From positions 1 to 60,193 of IMG/VR virus record IMGVR_UViG_3300030104_006323: a stretch of DNA of 60,193 bases. One strand, given 5' to 3'. The translations under genes were made by a program, and so were the position numbers. The notes under the pieces are model-generated. The model searched no databases. It was given only the letters and a program-made list of their open reading frames with translations, and was not told where the DNA came from. Below, in pieces: positions 8,300 through 17,592 of the stretch (its first letter is position 1; every line of letters begins with the position of its first letter). Source of the DNA: a virus (Duplodnaviria > Caudoviricetes).

Positions 8300-9532
8300 A
8301 TGAAGCAATTAATAACATTAATATTTATACTATTAACTTTAAATGTATCTTCTCAAGTTATAGATACAGATAAAAAGGTAGAAAACAAAATTGTAAAAAA
8401 ATATAAAGCAAAAAATTTTTTTAAAAACCTTTACAAAGATATTTTTAAATACGCCACTGTTTATGTGGCAGGAGATATAGGAAATGCTTATGAAACTCCT
8501 TATCCTGATTATTTTATTAGAACTAATCCTGACGATTTATATGCAGTTCCACAAGTTGTGGATGAAACTGTTTATCATCCCTTTGATTATAGAGCTGGCT
8601 TTGGTGTAAGAAAATTAGCCAGATTTGATTATGAAATTAAAGGTAGAAACTACTATGATGGAACTGAAAACAATAAAGCGTTATCAGCTCCTACAGCAGC
8701 TGTTCAGGGTTTTGAGTATTTATTACATTGGGAAAAACAAAGACAAAGATCTGATGTTTTTACTAACTCAAGATATTTCTTAAGACATACTGGAAAATAT
8801 CATATAGTTAAAATAGAGCAAAGAGAAGTTGGAAATATAGATTTTAAATATCAGAGTGCCGAAGTTAGAGCTCGCCTGCCGATAGGTAAAAAATTTAGTA
8901 TCTCTGCGGGAGTTATCGCAAGAACACATCAAAAAGCTTTTGGATATAATCCAATAGAATTGTGGCTAAATGAATTAGATGAAAATGGAAACCCCGCAAA
9001 TTATTGGTATACTTTAGGATTTGAATATGGGTATACTGATCATTTCACATCTTATACAGATATTAACACTGGTAATGTTTTTTATGATTGGATATGGAGA
9101 AACCCTCAAGGTGAAATTGTAGCCTATGGTGATCGTGATTTTCGGGATCGTATATTTGGCTCGTTGATGAACGATTTTAATCAAGCTCAATGGGCGTTAT
9201 TAGATCCTTTTGCTGAGTACGCTCCTATTGTAGGTTTTGATTTTTATCACTACAAACCTAAGTATTGGATTCACTCCTATGCTAACTGGATATTACCATA
9301 TCATAAATACTTTAAGGGTAATGTCGACTTCAGCTACTTACATCGCGATAGTTGGGGGCTCGGGGGCCACAACAATTTACTGAAAGGTGAACAGTGGAGT
9401 GATTATCAAGGCGGGTTGATAGTCGGATGGAAAATAACAAAAACACTTGGTATATTCTTGGAAGGAGAATATACTAAATTTTGGGACTCTGAAATATATA
9501 ATAGTAGTGTCGGGTTAAATGTTAGATTATAA
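8300..9532 (+). CDS. predicted exported outer-membrane beta-barrel-like protein
   Basis: signal peptide; aromatic-rich alternating strands (FSISAGVI, GGLIVGWKI, LGIFLEGEY); C-terminal SSVGLNVRL. Confidence 0.55.
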   Translation: MKQLITLIFILLTLNVSSQVIDTDKKVENKIVKKYKAKNFFKNLYKDIFKYATVYVAGDIGNAYETPYPDYFIRTNPDDLYAVPQVVDETVYHPFDYRAGFGVRKLARFDYEIKGRNYYDGTENNKALSAPTAAVQGFEYLLHWEKQRQRSDVFTNSRYFLRHTGKYHIVKIEQREVGNIDFKYQSAEVRARLPIGKKFSISAGVIARTHQKAFGYNPIELWLNELDENGNPANYWYTLGFEYGYTDHFTSYTDINTGNVFYDWIWRNPQGEIVAYGDRDFRDRIFGSLMNDFNQAQWALLDPFAEYAPIVGFDFYHYKPKYWIHSYANWILPYHKYFKGNVDFSYLHRDSWGLGGHNNLLKGEQWSDYQGGLIVGWKITKTLGIFLEGEYTKFWDSEIYNSSVGLNVRL

Positions 9533-10008
9533 TGGAAAGGTTATCCCCACATATAACAATGGCTGAAGCTATACATTCTAATACAGCTAAAAGATTAGGA
9601 ATAGAAAACAAACCTAACCCAGAACAAATAGCGAGCATGTTAACTATTGCTGAAATGATATTTGAGCCGTTAAGAGTTTTTGTAGGTGGACCTATTAAAA
9701 TTAATTCATTTTTTAGATCTCCAGCTTTAAATAAAGCTGTAGGCGGTGCTACAAAAAACGGCAAACCTACCAGTCAACATTGTAAGGGGGAGGCGATGGA
9801 TCTGGACGATGTATATGGTCATGCTTCAAACGCTCAAATGTTTGATTGGATAAGAGCCAATTTAGATTTTGATCAAATGATATGGGAATTTGGAACCGAT
9901 GAAAATCCTGCGTGGATACATGTCTCTTATGTAGATGCGCAAGAAAACAGAAATAGATGTTTAAAAGCTTACAAAAAAAATGGCAAAACTCAATATATGG
10001 TAATATGA
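9532..10008 (+). CDS. endolysin, peptidase M15A-type Zn peptidase
   Basis: FRSPALNKAVGGA, SQHCKGEAMD (H-x6-D) and WIHVSY. Confidence 0.88.
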   Translation: MERLSPHITMAEAIHSNTAKRLGIENKPNPEQIASMLTIAEMIFEPLRVFVGGPIKINSFFRSPALNKAVGGATKNGKPTSQHCKGEAMDLDDVYGHASNAQMFDWIRANLDFDQMIWEFGTDENPAWIHVSYVDAQENRNRCLKAYKKNGKTQYMVI

Positions 10009-10409
10009 AAGAAATTTTAGCAAAAATATTTGGAGGAGCCGCTGGTGGTGTGGCTGATAAACTAACGGGTATAGTGGATAAATTTGTCAGAACAAAAGAC
10101 GAAAAGGCTGAGTTTGAAAAACAAATGACAGAAATTTTTATTCAAGCAGAAGCAGAACAACAAAAAAATGTAACAGAAAGATGGAAGTCTGATATGGCAT
10201 CAGACAATAAATTATCTAAATCAGTAAGACCTTTAACACTTATTTTTTTATTTGTATCTACAGTTCTGCTTATCTTTATTGACTCAGGATTTATTAACTT
10301 TGCAGTTGATGACGAATGGAAGGAACTTTTAAAAATGCTTTTGATTACAATAACTGCAGCTTATTTCGGAGGCAGGTCGTATGAAAAAGGAAGATCAATA
10401 AAAAAATAA
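10005..10409 (+). CDS. holin (3TM/GTA-holin-like)
   Basis: RWKSDM...LSKSVRPLTLI plus two TM helices ending AYFGGRSYEK; ATGA overlap with the endolysin stop. Confidence 0.8.
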   Translation: MKEILAKIFGGAAGGVADKLTGIVDKFVRTKDEKAEFEKQMTEIFIQAEAEQQKNVTERWKSDMASDNKLSKSVRPLTLIFLFVSTVLLIFIDSGFINFAVDDEWKELLKMLLITITAAYFGGRSYEKGRSIKK

Positions 10410-10412
10410 TTA

Positions 10413-11156
10413 ATGGCAAGAATATCTACATATGTAAAAGACACGAATGTTGTCGGTGCTGATAAATGGATTGGTTCGGATTCTCAAAATAATTTTCAAA
10501 CTAAAAATTTTACAGCTCAAGATGTTGCTAATTTTATAAATAAAACAGCAGCAGAGTCACAGTTATTTAGATATCAATATGATATGATAAACCCAACTGG
10601 AAGTAATCCAAGACCTAATGAGTCAATCACTTTTGCAAACGGGGGTGCATTTAATGTTCCTTATTCAGGTATTACAACTTTTGTTTTAAGTGCCTTTGCT
10701 GAAAACACAGGTGGACTTTTAATTGATGTATCTACCTGGTATACTGCTCCATTAATTGCTTCTGATGTGTTAATAACTCAATGTGATGACATAACCCAAT
10801 GGGGTATATTTACATGGAACTCATCAGCTTTATTACAAGGGTCTACGAATTTTTATAATATAGGATTAACTTATATTGCAGGTAACGGGGGCTTAACAGA
10901 TAAAAAAGATTATTTTATATCTTTGCTACAATATAGTGGAAGCTCTGCGGATAAAAATTTTGTGAGTGCACAGCTAAGTGGTTCAGACCAATATATAGTA
11001 ACTCACAACCTAAATAAGTTTCCAGCGGTAGAGGTTAGCGAGGGCACTCCAACTAACCCAACTGATATAGTATATTGTGAGGTGGAATATTTAGATGTAG
11101 ATAGAGTAAAGCTTACATTTAATGCTAATTTTACTGGAGTTGCAGTGTTTAATTAA
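10413..11156 (+). CDS. putative tail fibre-associated structural protein
   Basis: MARISTY N-terminus; C-terminal VTHNLNKFPAV beta domain. Confidence 0.6.
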   Translation: MARISTYVKDTNVVGADKWIGSDSQNNFQTKNFTAQDVANFINKTAAESQLFRYQYDMINPTGSNPRPNESITFANGGAFNVPYSGITTFVLSAFAENTGGLLIDVSTWYTAPLIASDVLITQCDDITQWGIFTWNSSALLQGSTNFYNIGLTYIAGNGGLTDKKDYFISLLQYSGSSADKNFVSAQLSGSDQYIVTHNLNKFPAVEVSEGTPTNPTDIVYCEVEYLDVDRVKLTFNANFTGVAVFN

Positions 11157-11171
11157 AAAAAATAAAAGATT

Positions 11172-13175
11172 ATGGCAATAAAATATTTATCTAATGTCAA
11201 TATAGACGGAACGCTAACGCTTACCGTAAACGCAGATAGTGACTCAACATATACTGGTATAGTAGTATCAGAAAGTGGATTACTAAAATACAGAACTAAA
11301 GCACAAATTCGTTCAGATATTGGGGCTGGAACAGGATCCATGAGTTCGTTTGAAGTAGCGGCAGATACAAATACTGCAACCACGACTATAACTGATGGTG
11401 ATACTCTATCTATCTTAGGTGGTACAGGAATTTCAACTGTATCTAATCCAGACGGTACGATTACAATTTCCGCTTCTGGAAGTGGAACAATGACTTCTTG
11501 GAAGATAGGATCAACAAGTGGTACTGCTCAAGATGTAAGTAATGGAGAACAAGTAGATGTAGTGGGTGGAACAAAAATTACAGGTAGTGTTGGCGGAACA
11601 AGAACAGTAACTCTTGAGCACGATGCTCAAACTCAATCTGATTCAACCACAACAGCTTCTTTAAGTTCTGGTGGGAATTTTGAAGTACCTACTGTTTCCG
11701 TAGACTCTACGGGTCATGTTACAGGTACTGATACTAAAACTATTACTATAGGTGCTTTTGACGACTATTCTGGTTGGAAACTTGACGCTAACACTTCAGG
11801 CTCAACTCTTTCAGTAGGCTCAGGAGCAACTGTGGACTTTATAGCAAGTACAGGTATAACTCTTACAAAAGCCTCAGGACCAAAGTTAACTATTACAAAC
11901 AGCCTTCCTTTTAATAATATTGGAACAGCGGGTGACTCTGGTTCATCAACTATTGCGGATCAAGGAACAATAACTATTGCAGGAGGTACGGGTATCTCTA
12001 CGGTAGATAATGGTTCGGGGACAATAACAATTACAGCTTCAGGAAGTGGAACAATGTCAAGTTTTGACATTAGTGATGGAACAACTACTGAAACAGTAGG
12101 TAATGGAGATACAATAACCTTTACTGCTCCAGCAGCAAATGCTGCTGATGCGGGTATTTTGCCAGTTGTTTCTGCAACAGACACGGTAACGATGGATTTG
12201 AAATTAGCAAGAGTCCAAAATATAACTGCATTAGATGATCCAGATTCAGATGAGTTAATTTATTATGATTCAAACAATGAGCAAAATCAAAGAATTGCAG
12301 TATCTAATATACACTTAAATGAGTTTGGTGTACCAACTGCTGATTTAAGTATAGGTTCTAAAAAACTAACTAATGTAGCAACAGGTGTTAGTAGTACAGA
12401 TGGTGTTAACTTAGCACAAGTTCAAGCTATAGCAGCTGGAGTTGGTGTATTCCAAGGAGGATACGATGCGTCAAACGATCCAGGTTCTCCTAATATTAGT
12501 GGAAGCAGTAATATCGCGTTAGATACTGGTGACTTTTTTGTAGTTACAGTAGATGGTGATATTACATTTAGTGATCAGACGGTAAGCGTTGAAGTAGGTG
12601 ATTTAATATTCGCTAACGCTGCAATTACAGCAAGCACCAACCCTGCGTCTACAGCTTACACTATTGTATTACAAGATCAAAATATTGCTGGAGTAGGTGC
12701 ATCAGATGGAGCAACAGAAAAAGGTGTTGCTGGATTTGATAATGCTGTATTTACTGCAACTGCAAATGGATGGATTCAATTAATTGATCAGAGTATAACA
12801 GCACAAAATTATGGTAGTGCAAGTAAAACTGTCACTGTAAACTTTGATAAGTTTGGTGTTGCACAATCAGCTGCTGAACAAGATATTGACATTACAGCAT
12901 CACAAGTTAGTGATTTCTGTACGGCAGTTAGTACATGTATTGCATCAAATGAGCAGTATAGTGAATTGATAGGTACAGGAAGTACACCTACTACATATAC
13001 TGTAAATCACCAATTAGGAACTGATGTAATGGTTCAGTTGTATGATACCTCATCAGGAGATACAGTTTATGCAGAAAGTGTAAGAACAGCAGCAAACAGT
13101 GGTACAGTAACTATATCAACAAACTCAGCTATTGCAACCAATGGAGTAAAAGTATTAGTTACGAAAGTATCTTAA
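11172..13175 (+). CDS. tail fibre protein 1
   Basis: G/S/T-rich repeats (GGTGISTV...TITxxASGSGTM twice); KKLTNVATG...DGVNLAQV stalk motif. Confidence 0.75.
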   Translation: MAIKYLSNVNIDGTLTLTVNADSDSTYTGIVVSESGLLKYRTKAQIRSDIGAGTGSMSSFEVAADTNTATTTITDGDTLSILGGTGISTVSNPDGTITISASGSGTMTSWKIGSTSGTAQDVSNGEQVDVVGGTKITGSVGGTRTVTLEHDAQTQSDSTTTASLSSGGNFEVPTVSVDSTGHVTGTDTKTITIGAFDDYSGWKLDANTSGSTLSVGSGATVDFIASTGITLTKASGPKLTITNSLPFNNIGTAGDSGSSTIADQGTITIAGGTGISTVDNGSGTITITASGSGTMSSFDISDGTTTETVGNGDTITFTAPAANAADAGILPVVSATDTVTMDLKLARVQNITALDDPDSDELIYYDSNNEQNQRIAVSNIHLNEFGVPTADLSIGSKKLTNVATGVSSTDGVNLAQVQAIAAGVGVFQGGYDASNDPGSPNISGSSNIALDTGDFFVVTVDGDITFSDQTVSVEVGDLIFANAAITASTNPASTAYTIVLQDQNIAGVGASDGATEKGVAGFDNAVFTATANGWIQLIDQSITAQNYGSASKTVTVNFDKFGVAQSAAEQDIDITASQVSDFCTAVSTCIASNEQYSELIGTGSTPTTYTVNHQLGTDVMVQLYDTSSGDTVYAESVRTAANSGTVTISTNSAIATNGVKVLVTKVS

Positions 13176-13187
13176 ATATAATTAAAT

Positions 13188-15698
13188 ATGGCGATTTCAT
13201 ACTTAAGTAGCATGAGTATAGACGGCACACTAACGCTGACCGTTAATGCTGATGCCGATTCAACATACACAGGTATAGTAGTATCAGAAAGTGGATTGTT
13301 AAAATATAGAACAAAAGCTCAAATAAAAAGTGACATAGGAGCAGGTAGTGGAACAGTGACTGGAACGGGTACTGCAAAAAATTTAACAATGTGGGCTACA
13401 GGGGGAACAGGTATAGAAGATTCTCCTATTAAAACCGTTACTACAAATACCTTAAATCAAATAGTAGTCGAAGATGGTGAAAGACTAATAATTGATAAAC
13501 CTTCCTCGGTTACTTCAGGAGACCCCGCTTTTAATATATCACAAGATGGAAGCTCTAAGGTAGAGTTTGGTTGGGATGATGATGGTGATGGCTTTGGGTT
13601 TATGTACAATTATGCAGGCAACGGCCTTAAATTAGGTGCTGCTGGAAATAACCCTATGATTGAGGTTGTAACAACTTCAGGATCTGAAAGTGTTAACCTA
13701 CACAAACAATTAGAACTTAAAGACTATGGTAGTGGTACTTACACTGGAACCTCTGCTTATTATTTAATTGCAGATTCAAGTGGAAATATTATAGAAAAAA
13801 CACCTGCAGAGGTTAAGACCGACATAGGAGCAGGTAATGAAACTTTAGCTCAAGTATTAAGTAATGGTAATACAACTGGAGGAACAGATATTTCGGTAAC
13901 TAACGGTGATAAAATTCAACTTAGTTCAAGTGGGACCTCTCCTGTATCCCCTACAATTCAATTTAATAATACTAATTTTAAAATATTTTATGATATAACG
14001 GCATCCCCTGCTAATAGTGTTATTCAACATGAAAATCAAAATGGAAATTTACTTTTAAGGGCGGACAGTATTAAATTAACTTCTGGTGGTGGAACAAATG
14101 ATAAAACATATATAGTATGTGAAGATGATGCTGCTGTTGAATTATACTATGATAATTCTAAAAAATTAGAAACAGAAGATACAGGGGTTACAATAACTGG
14201 AACTTTATATGCTGATAGTGTAAGCGCTACTGGTGCTGTAGAAGGAGGAACTGTAGGTTCTACTACTCAAGATTCAGCCAATATATTTAAAGGAAGTGTT
14301 ATATCTTCTCCATCTACAAATGCTTTAGGGTTAATATTAAGAAACAGTTCTGATAATGCTATTATAGGTTCATTACTAAGAACCTCTGCGTCTACTTCAG
14401 AATTAACTACGGACACACTTAGTTTACCTGGAACTACTTCTCAATATATAAGAGGTGATGGTAGTGTTGCTACATTTCCAACTATTCCAAGTGGAGGTGT
14501 TTCGGGTAGCGGAACATCAGGCAAGGTAGCTAAATTTACAGGTAGTACATCTATTGGTGATGGAGACATCACTTTTGGAACAAACACAATAACATTAGGC
14601 GATCCAACAAGTAGCAGCACAGCTACATTATTTGTGGATACACAAAACAGAAGAGTAGGTTATAGAACTATAACTCCTACTTCAGCTTTTGAAGTAGTAG
14701 GAACAATTAACACGCAAGGATTAAATTGTAATGAACAACAATTTTTTGTAGACAAAGACAACACATATATAAAAGCTGGAGCATACGGAGGTGGTGAGTT
14801 TTTTGGAATCACAGGTTCTGAGAATCAACCTAAATATACTTATGCTGCTGGAAGTAGTGGAAAATTCGTTGAGCATAATAGAATAGAAACTATAAAAATA
14901 GAAGGAGCAGGGTTCTATAATTGGTTTACCAATGGAGTTGTTTTAATTCCAGCTCAAGGAACAAACACACTTATTATTGTAAAAGATATAATTGTATGGA
15001 AAAGTACTGGAACTAACCCAAATATGGGAGCGGTGTATTGGGGATGGTGTGAGGCAGCTTCACCAACTTCTAATTGTCAAATGTTTGGAAATAATCGTTC
15101 TTATGATTTTTGGGGAAAAATGCCTCAGGACATAGCATCTCGAGATGGAACATGGCTCTGGCAAGCTCAAAGGCCTTACGACCAACATGGCAATGAAGCC
15201 ACTGATGTTTCATCAAGATTAAATAGGCCTTTTGTTATGAGAAATTCTTCAGGCGGTCAGGTAACCTCAGGAACATTTAATGCTCCTTGGTATATACAAG
15301 TTACATATCAAAATATAAATTACATAGCGGGATTGCAAAACAATGCAGACAGAACAATCACATCCACTGGAAGTGGTCAAAATTCAAGAACTGCTTTCTT
15401 AGGTTCATCAGTAACAAACTTTAGCTCCATTTGTCCTGGTAGTCCAAATACTGCTCCAGCTGTAAATCAGAGCTATCATTTTGATAATACATCAGGTTGT
15501 AATGGTAACAATGGTTATCCTGCTTCAGGAGACAAAGTATATACATCTGCAACAGGTACAACTGTAGCATCAGCAGGATATATATTCTTGTATTCAGGTG
15601 GTGGTTCTCGATATTATATTCAGATAGGAGCCTCAGGTGTAGTGCAAGGTTCAAGTTGTACAGATAGTGTTAACGAATGTGACCAGCCTGACCCATAA
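13188..15698 (+). CDS. tail fibre / receptor-binding protein 2
   Basis: N-terminus nearly identical to fibre 1; TLAQVLSNGNTT and VELYYDNSKKLET fibre motifs; Cys-rich C-terminal module. Confidence 0.75.
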   Translation: MAISYLSSMSIDGTLTLTVNADADSTYTGIVVSESGLLKYRTKAQIKSDIGAGSGTVTGTGTAKNLTMWATGGTGIEDSPIKTVTTNTLNQIVVEDGERLIIDKPSSVTSGDPAFNISQDGSSKVEFGWDDDGDGFGFMYNYAGNGLKLGAAGNNPMIEVVTTSGSESVNLHKQLELKDYGSGTYTGTSAYYLIADSSGNIIEKTPAEVKTDIGAGNETLAQVLSNGNTTGGTDISVTNGDKIQLSSSGTSPVSPTIQFNNTNFKIFYDITASPANSVIQHENQNGNLLLRADSIKLTSGGGTNDKTYIVCEDDAAVELYYDNSKKLETEDTGVTITGTLYADSVSATGAVEGGTVGSTTQDSANIFKGSVISSPSTNALGLILRNSSDNAIIGSLLRTSASTSELTTDTLSLPGTTSQYIRGDGSVATFPTIPSGGVSGSGTSGKVAKFTGSTSIGDGDITFGTNTITLGDPTSSSTATLFVDTQNRRVGYRTITPTSAFEVVGTINTQGLNCNEQQFFVDKDNTYIKAGAYGGGEFFGITGSENQPKYTYAAGSSGKFVEHNRIETIKIEGAGFYNWFTNGVVLIPAQGTNTLIIVKDIIVWKSTGTNPNMGAVYWGWCEAASPTSNCQMFGNNRSYDFWGKMPQDIASRDGTWLWQAQRPYDQHGNEATDVSSRLNRPFVMRNSSGGQVTSGTFNAPWYIQVTYQNINYIAGLQNNADRTITSTGSGQNSRTAFLGSSVTNFSSICPGSPNTAPAVNQSYHFDNTSGCNGNNGYPASGDKVYTSATGTTVASAGYIFLYSGGGSRYYIQIGASGVVQGSSCTDSVNECDQPDP

Positions 15699-15709
15699 AA
15701 TTATTTTAC

Positions 15710-15717
15710 TATATTTG
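15710..15717 (+). promoter_or_regulatory. -7 promoter box
   Basis: intergenic TATATTTG 30 nt before the ATG at 15748. Confidence 0.55.
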
Positions 15718-15747
15718 TAATTATATATAACAATTAAATTTAATACA

Positions 15748-16005
15748 ATGGCAAAAAAGTTAAAAGACGAAGAATTAAAAAAAGTTCAGGACTTAAACAA
15801 TAAGTTTTTACAAACTAAAGTTAAAATTGCAGATGCAGTTTTAGGAATTTTAAAATCATCAAGTGAAGTAGATGGTATACAAGCAGAGTTCGCAGAGGTA
15901 GAAAAAGAACTAATAGAAGTTTATGGTGAATCAGCCATAATTGATTTAAGAACTGGAGAAGTAAAAGAACCAGAAATAGAAAAACCTAATGGCAAAGATA
16001 AGTAA
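15748..16005 (+). CDS. small coiled-coil protein, possibly an assembly chaperone
   Basis: helical; ends YG...IDLRTGEV; follows the fibre genes. Confidence 0.6.
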   Translation: MAKKLKDEELKKVQDLNNKFLQTKVKIADAVLGILKSSSEVDGIQAEFAEVEKELIEVYGESAIIDLRTGEVKEPEIEKPNGKDK

Positions 16006-16525
16006 CACCGTAGCGTATCCCTCAATAACTAATTTAGATGCAGCAGATTATTTAGTAATCACAGATGCCGAAAACAATCTGGTTACTAAGACTGCAACTA
16101 TTGCGCAAATTCAAGCTTTATTTGGGGTAGACACAAATGTTACTAAAACAACTATTAATACAGGATCTCTATTAACATTAGCAGATACAGCGATTACTCT
16201 TGTTCCAGCTCCAGGAGCTGGAAAAGTTCTTGATGTAATTAGCATTATGTTTTATTTAGATGCAGGATCACAAGCGTATGATTATGGCACAGGTTCTTTA
16301 CCTATAAAAATAGGTAGTGAGGAAATAGCTTCGATACCTAACAGTTCGGCTACAATCAACTCAGCTACTGATGCAGTTTTTAAACCTGAGGTTCCAAATA
16401 CAAACGAGGTTATACCTCAGAATACTGCGCTAACTTTGGGTGCACAAGCAAACCCTTCAACGGGATCAGGAACTTTATATGCCAATGTATTTTATAGAGT
16501 CTTAACAGTAGGCTCAGCATTTTAA
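15989..16525 (+). CDS. putative virion structural protein
   Basis: MAKISNT N-terminus similar to 10413; LVPAPGAGK motif echoed by LIPAQGTNT in fibre 2. Confidence 0.6.
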   Translation: MAKISNTVAYPSITNLDAADYLVITDAENNLVTKTATIAQIQALFGVDTNVTKTTINTGSLLTLADTAITLVPAPGAGKVLDVISIMFYLDAGSQAYDYGTGSLPIKIGSEEIASIPNSSATINSATDAVFKPEVPNTNEVIPQNTALTLGAQANPSTGSGTLYANVFYRVLTVGSAF

Positions 16526-16529
16526 TTAA

Positions 16530-16754
16530 ATGGACATAAGAAAAATTTCTATAGGTGCAGACTATAAGTCTGGAGCAATGCACTATATTGTAGGGCAAGA
16601 TGTATTAGGGGGTAACTATAAAATTCATTTAATTCAGCATGACCATGAAAAGGACTCCTATAAAATTTGGATTATAAAAACTGAAGAAATACTTCTTTGG
16701 AAAGAGTTTAAAAATACACTACCAATATCTTTAGAATTTAATATAAACTTTTAA
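16530..16754 (+). CDS. hypothetical protein
   Basis: ORF track; IRKISIGADYK...AMHY; tightly coupled to the next gene. Confidence 0.75.
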   Translation: MDIRKISIGADYKSGAMHYIVGQDVLGGNYKIHLIQHDHEKDSYKIWIIKTEEILLWKEFKNTLPISLEFNINF

Positions 16755-17336
16755 ATGCAATCACCTTATTGTTTCATAGTAAAACCCTATAATGATAGGC
16801 GTTATGATAACATTAAGTATTATGGTGATAAAAAGTTTTTTACCAGCACATCGGAAGAAGACCATACGGTTTCTACTCGCTTTGCTACTGTAGTTAATAT
16901 CCCTATAAAATATAACGGTAAAATTAAAATTGGTGATACCTTGGTGGTTCATCATAATGTTTTTAAATATTATAATGATATTTATGGTAGACAAAAAAGC
17001 GGCAGAAGTTGGTTAATTGATGACTTATTTTTAGTAGATTCACTTCAGTTTTATATGTATAAGCAAGATGGAAAGTGGTTTAGTCATGATAAGTATTGTT
17101 TTGTAAAACCTATACCTATGACACAAAAATATATTGAAGTAGCAGGTGAGTCGGAGGAGCCATTATGGGGAATATTAAAATATGGAAATGATCAATTAAA
17201 AAAATTAAATATAAATACAGGTGATAAAATTTCTTTTCAACCAAACAGTGAGTATGAATTTGAAATAGAAGGTGAGAAATTATATCGAATGTATACTAAT
17301 AATATAACTTTGAAAAATGGACACAAAAGTAATTAA
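16755..17336 (+). CDS. tandem GroES-like domain protein
   Basis: two repeats: CFIVKP...IKIGDTLVVH and CFVKPI...INTGDKISF...FEIEGEKLYRM, each resembling a Cpn10 barrel. Confidence 0.6.
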   Translation: MQSPYCFIVKPYNDRRYDNIKYYGDKKFFTSTSEEDHTVSTRFATVVNIPIKYNGKIKIGDTLVVHHNVFKYYNDIYGRQKSGRSWLIDDLFLVDSLQFYMYKQDGKWFSHDKYCFVKPIPMTQKYIEVAGESEEPLWGILKYGNDQLKKLNINTGDKISFQPNSEYEFEIEGEKLYRMYTNNITLKNGHKSN

Positions 17337-17592
17337 ATTAGAAATAATAAAAGCTGGTGAAAAGGCGGTCAAAGAACTAATTGATGTTGCAAAAGAAAAA
17401 ATTATCAAACCAGATATGGATGATGAATTAGCAGCTGATAGATTAAAAAATGCTGCCGCTACAAAAAAGCTTGCTATATTTGATGCTTTTGAAATTTTAA
17501 AAAGAATAGATGAGGAAAGAGATAAACTTGAGGGACGAGAAGTAAAAACTAATAATTTACCTAAAGGCTTTGCAGAATCTAAATCAAAATAG
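17317..17592 (+). CDS. putative terminase small subunit
   Basis: small helical protein directly upstream of and overlapping terL (positional inference). Confidence 0.45.
   Translation: MDTKVIKLEIIKAGEKAVKELIDVAKEKIIKPDMDDELAADRLKNAAATKKLAIFDAFEILKRIDEERDKLEGREVKTNNLPKGFAESKSK

Noticed and set aside
10918-10925. TATCTTTG box inside a coding region
   Set aside because: Far from any start codon; chance matches are expected at this AT content
11172-13350. Duplicated fibre segments as a diversity-generating retroelement TR/VR pair
   Set aside because: Differences are mostly synonymous and not adenine-specific, both copies are N-terminal and coding, and no reverse transcriptase is present
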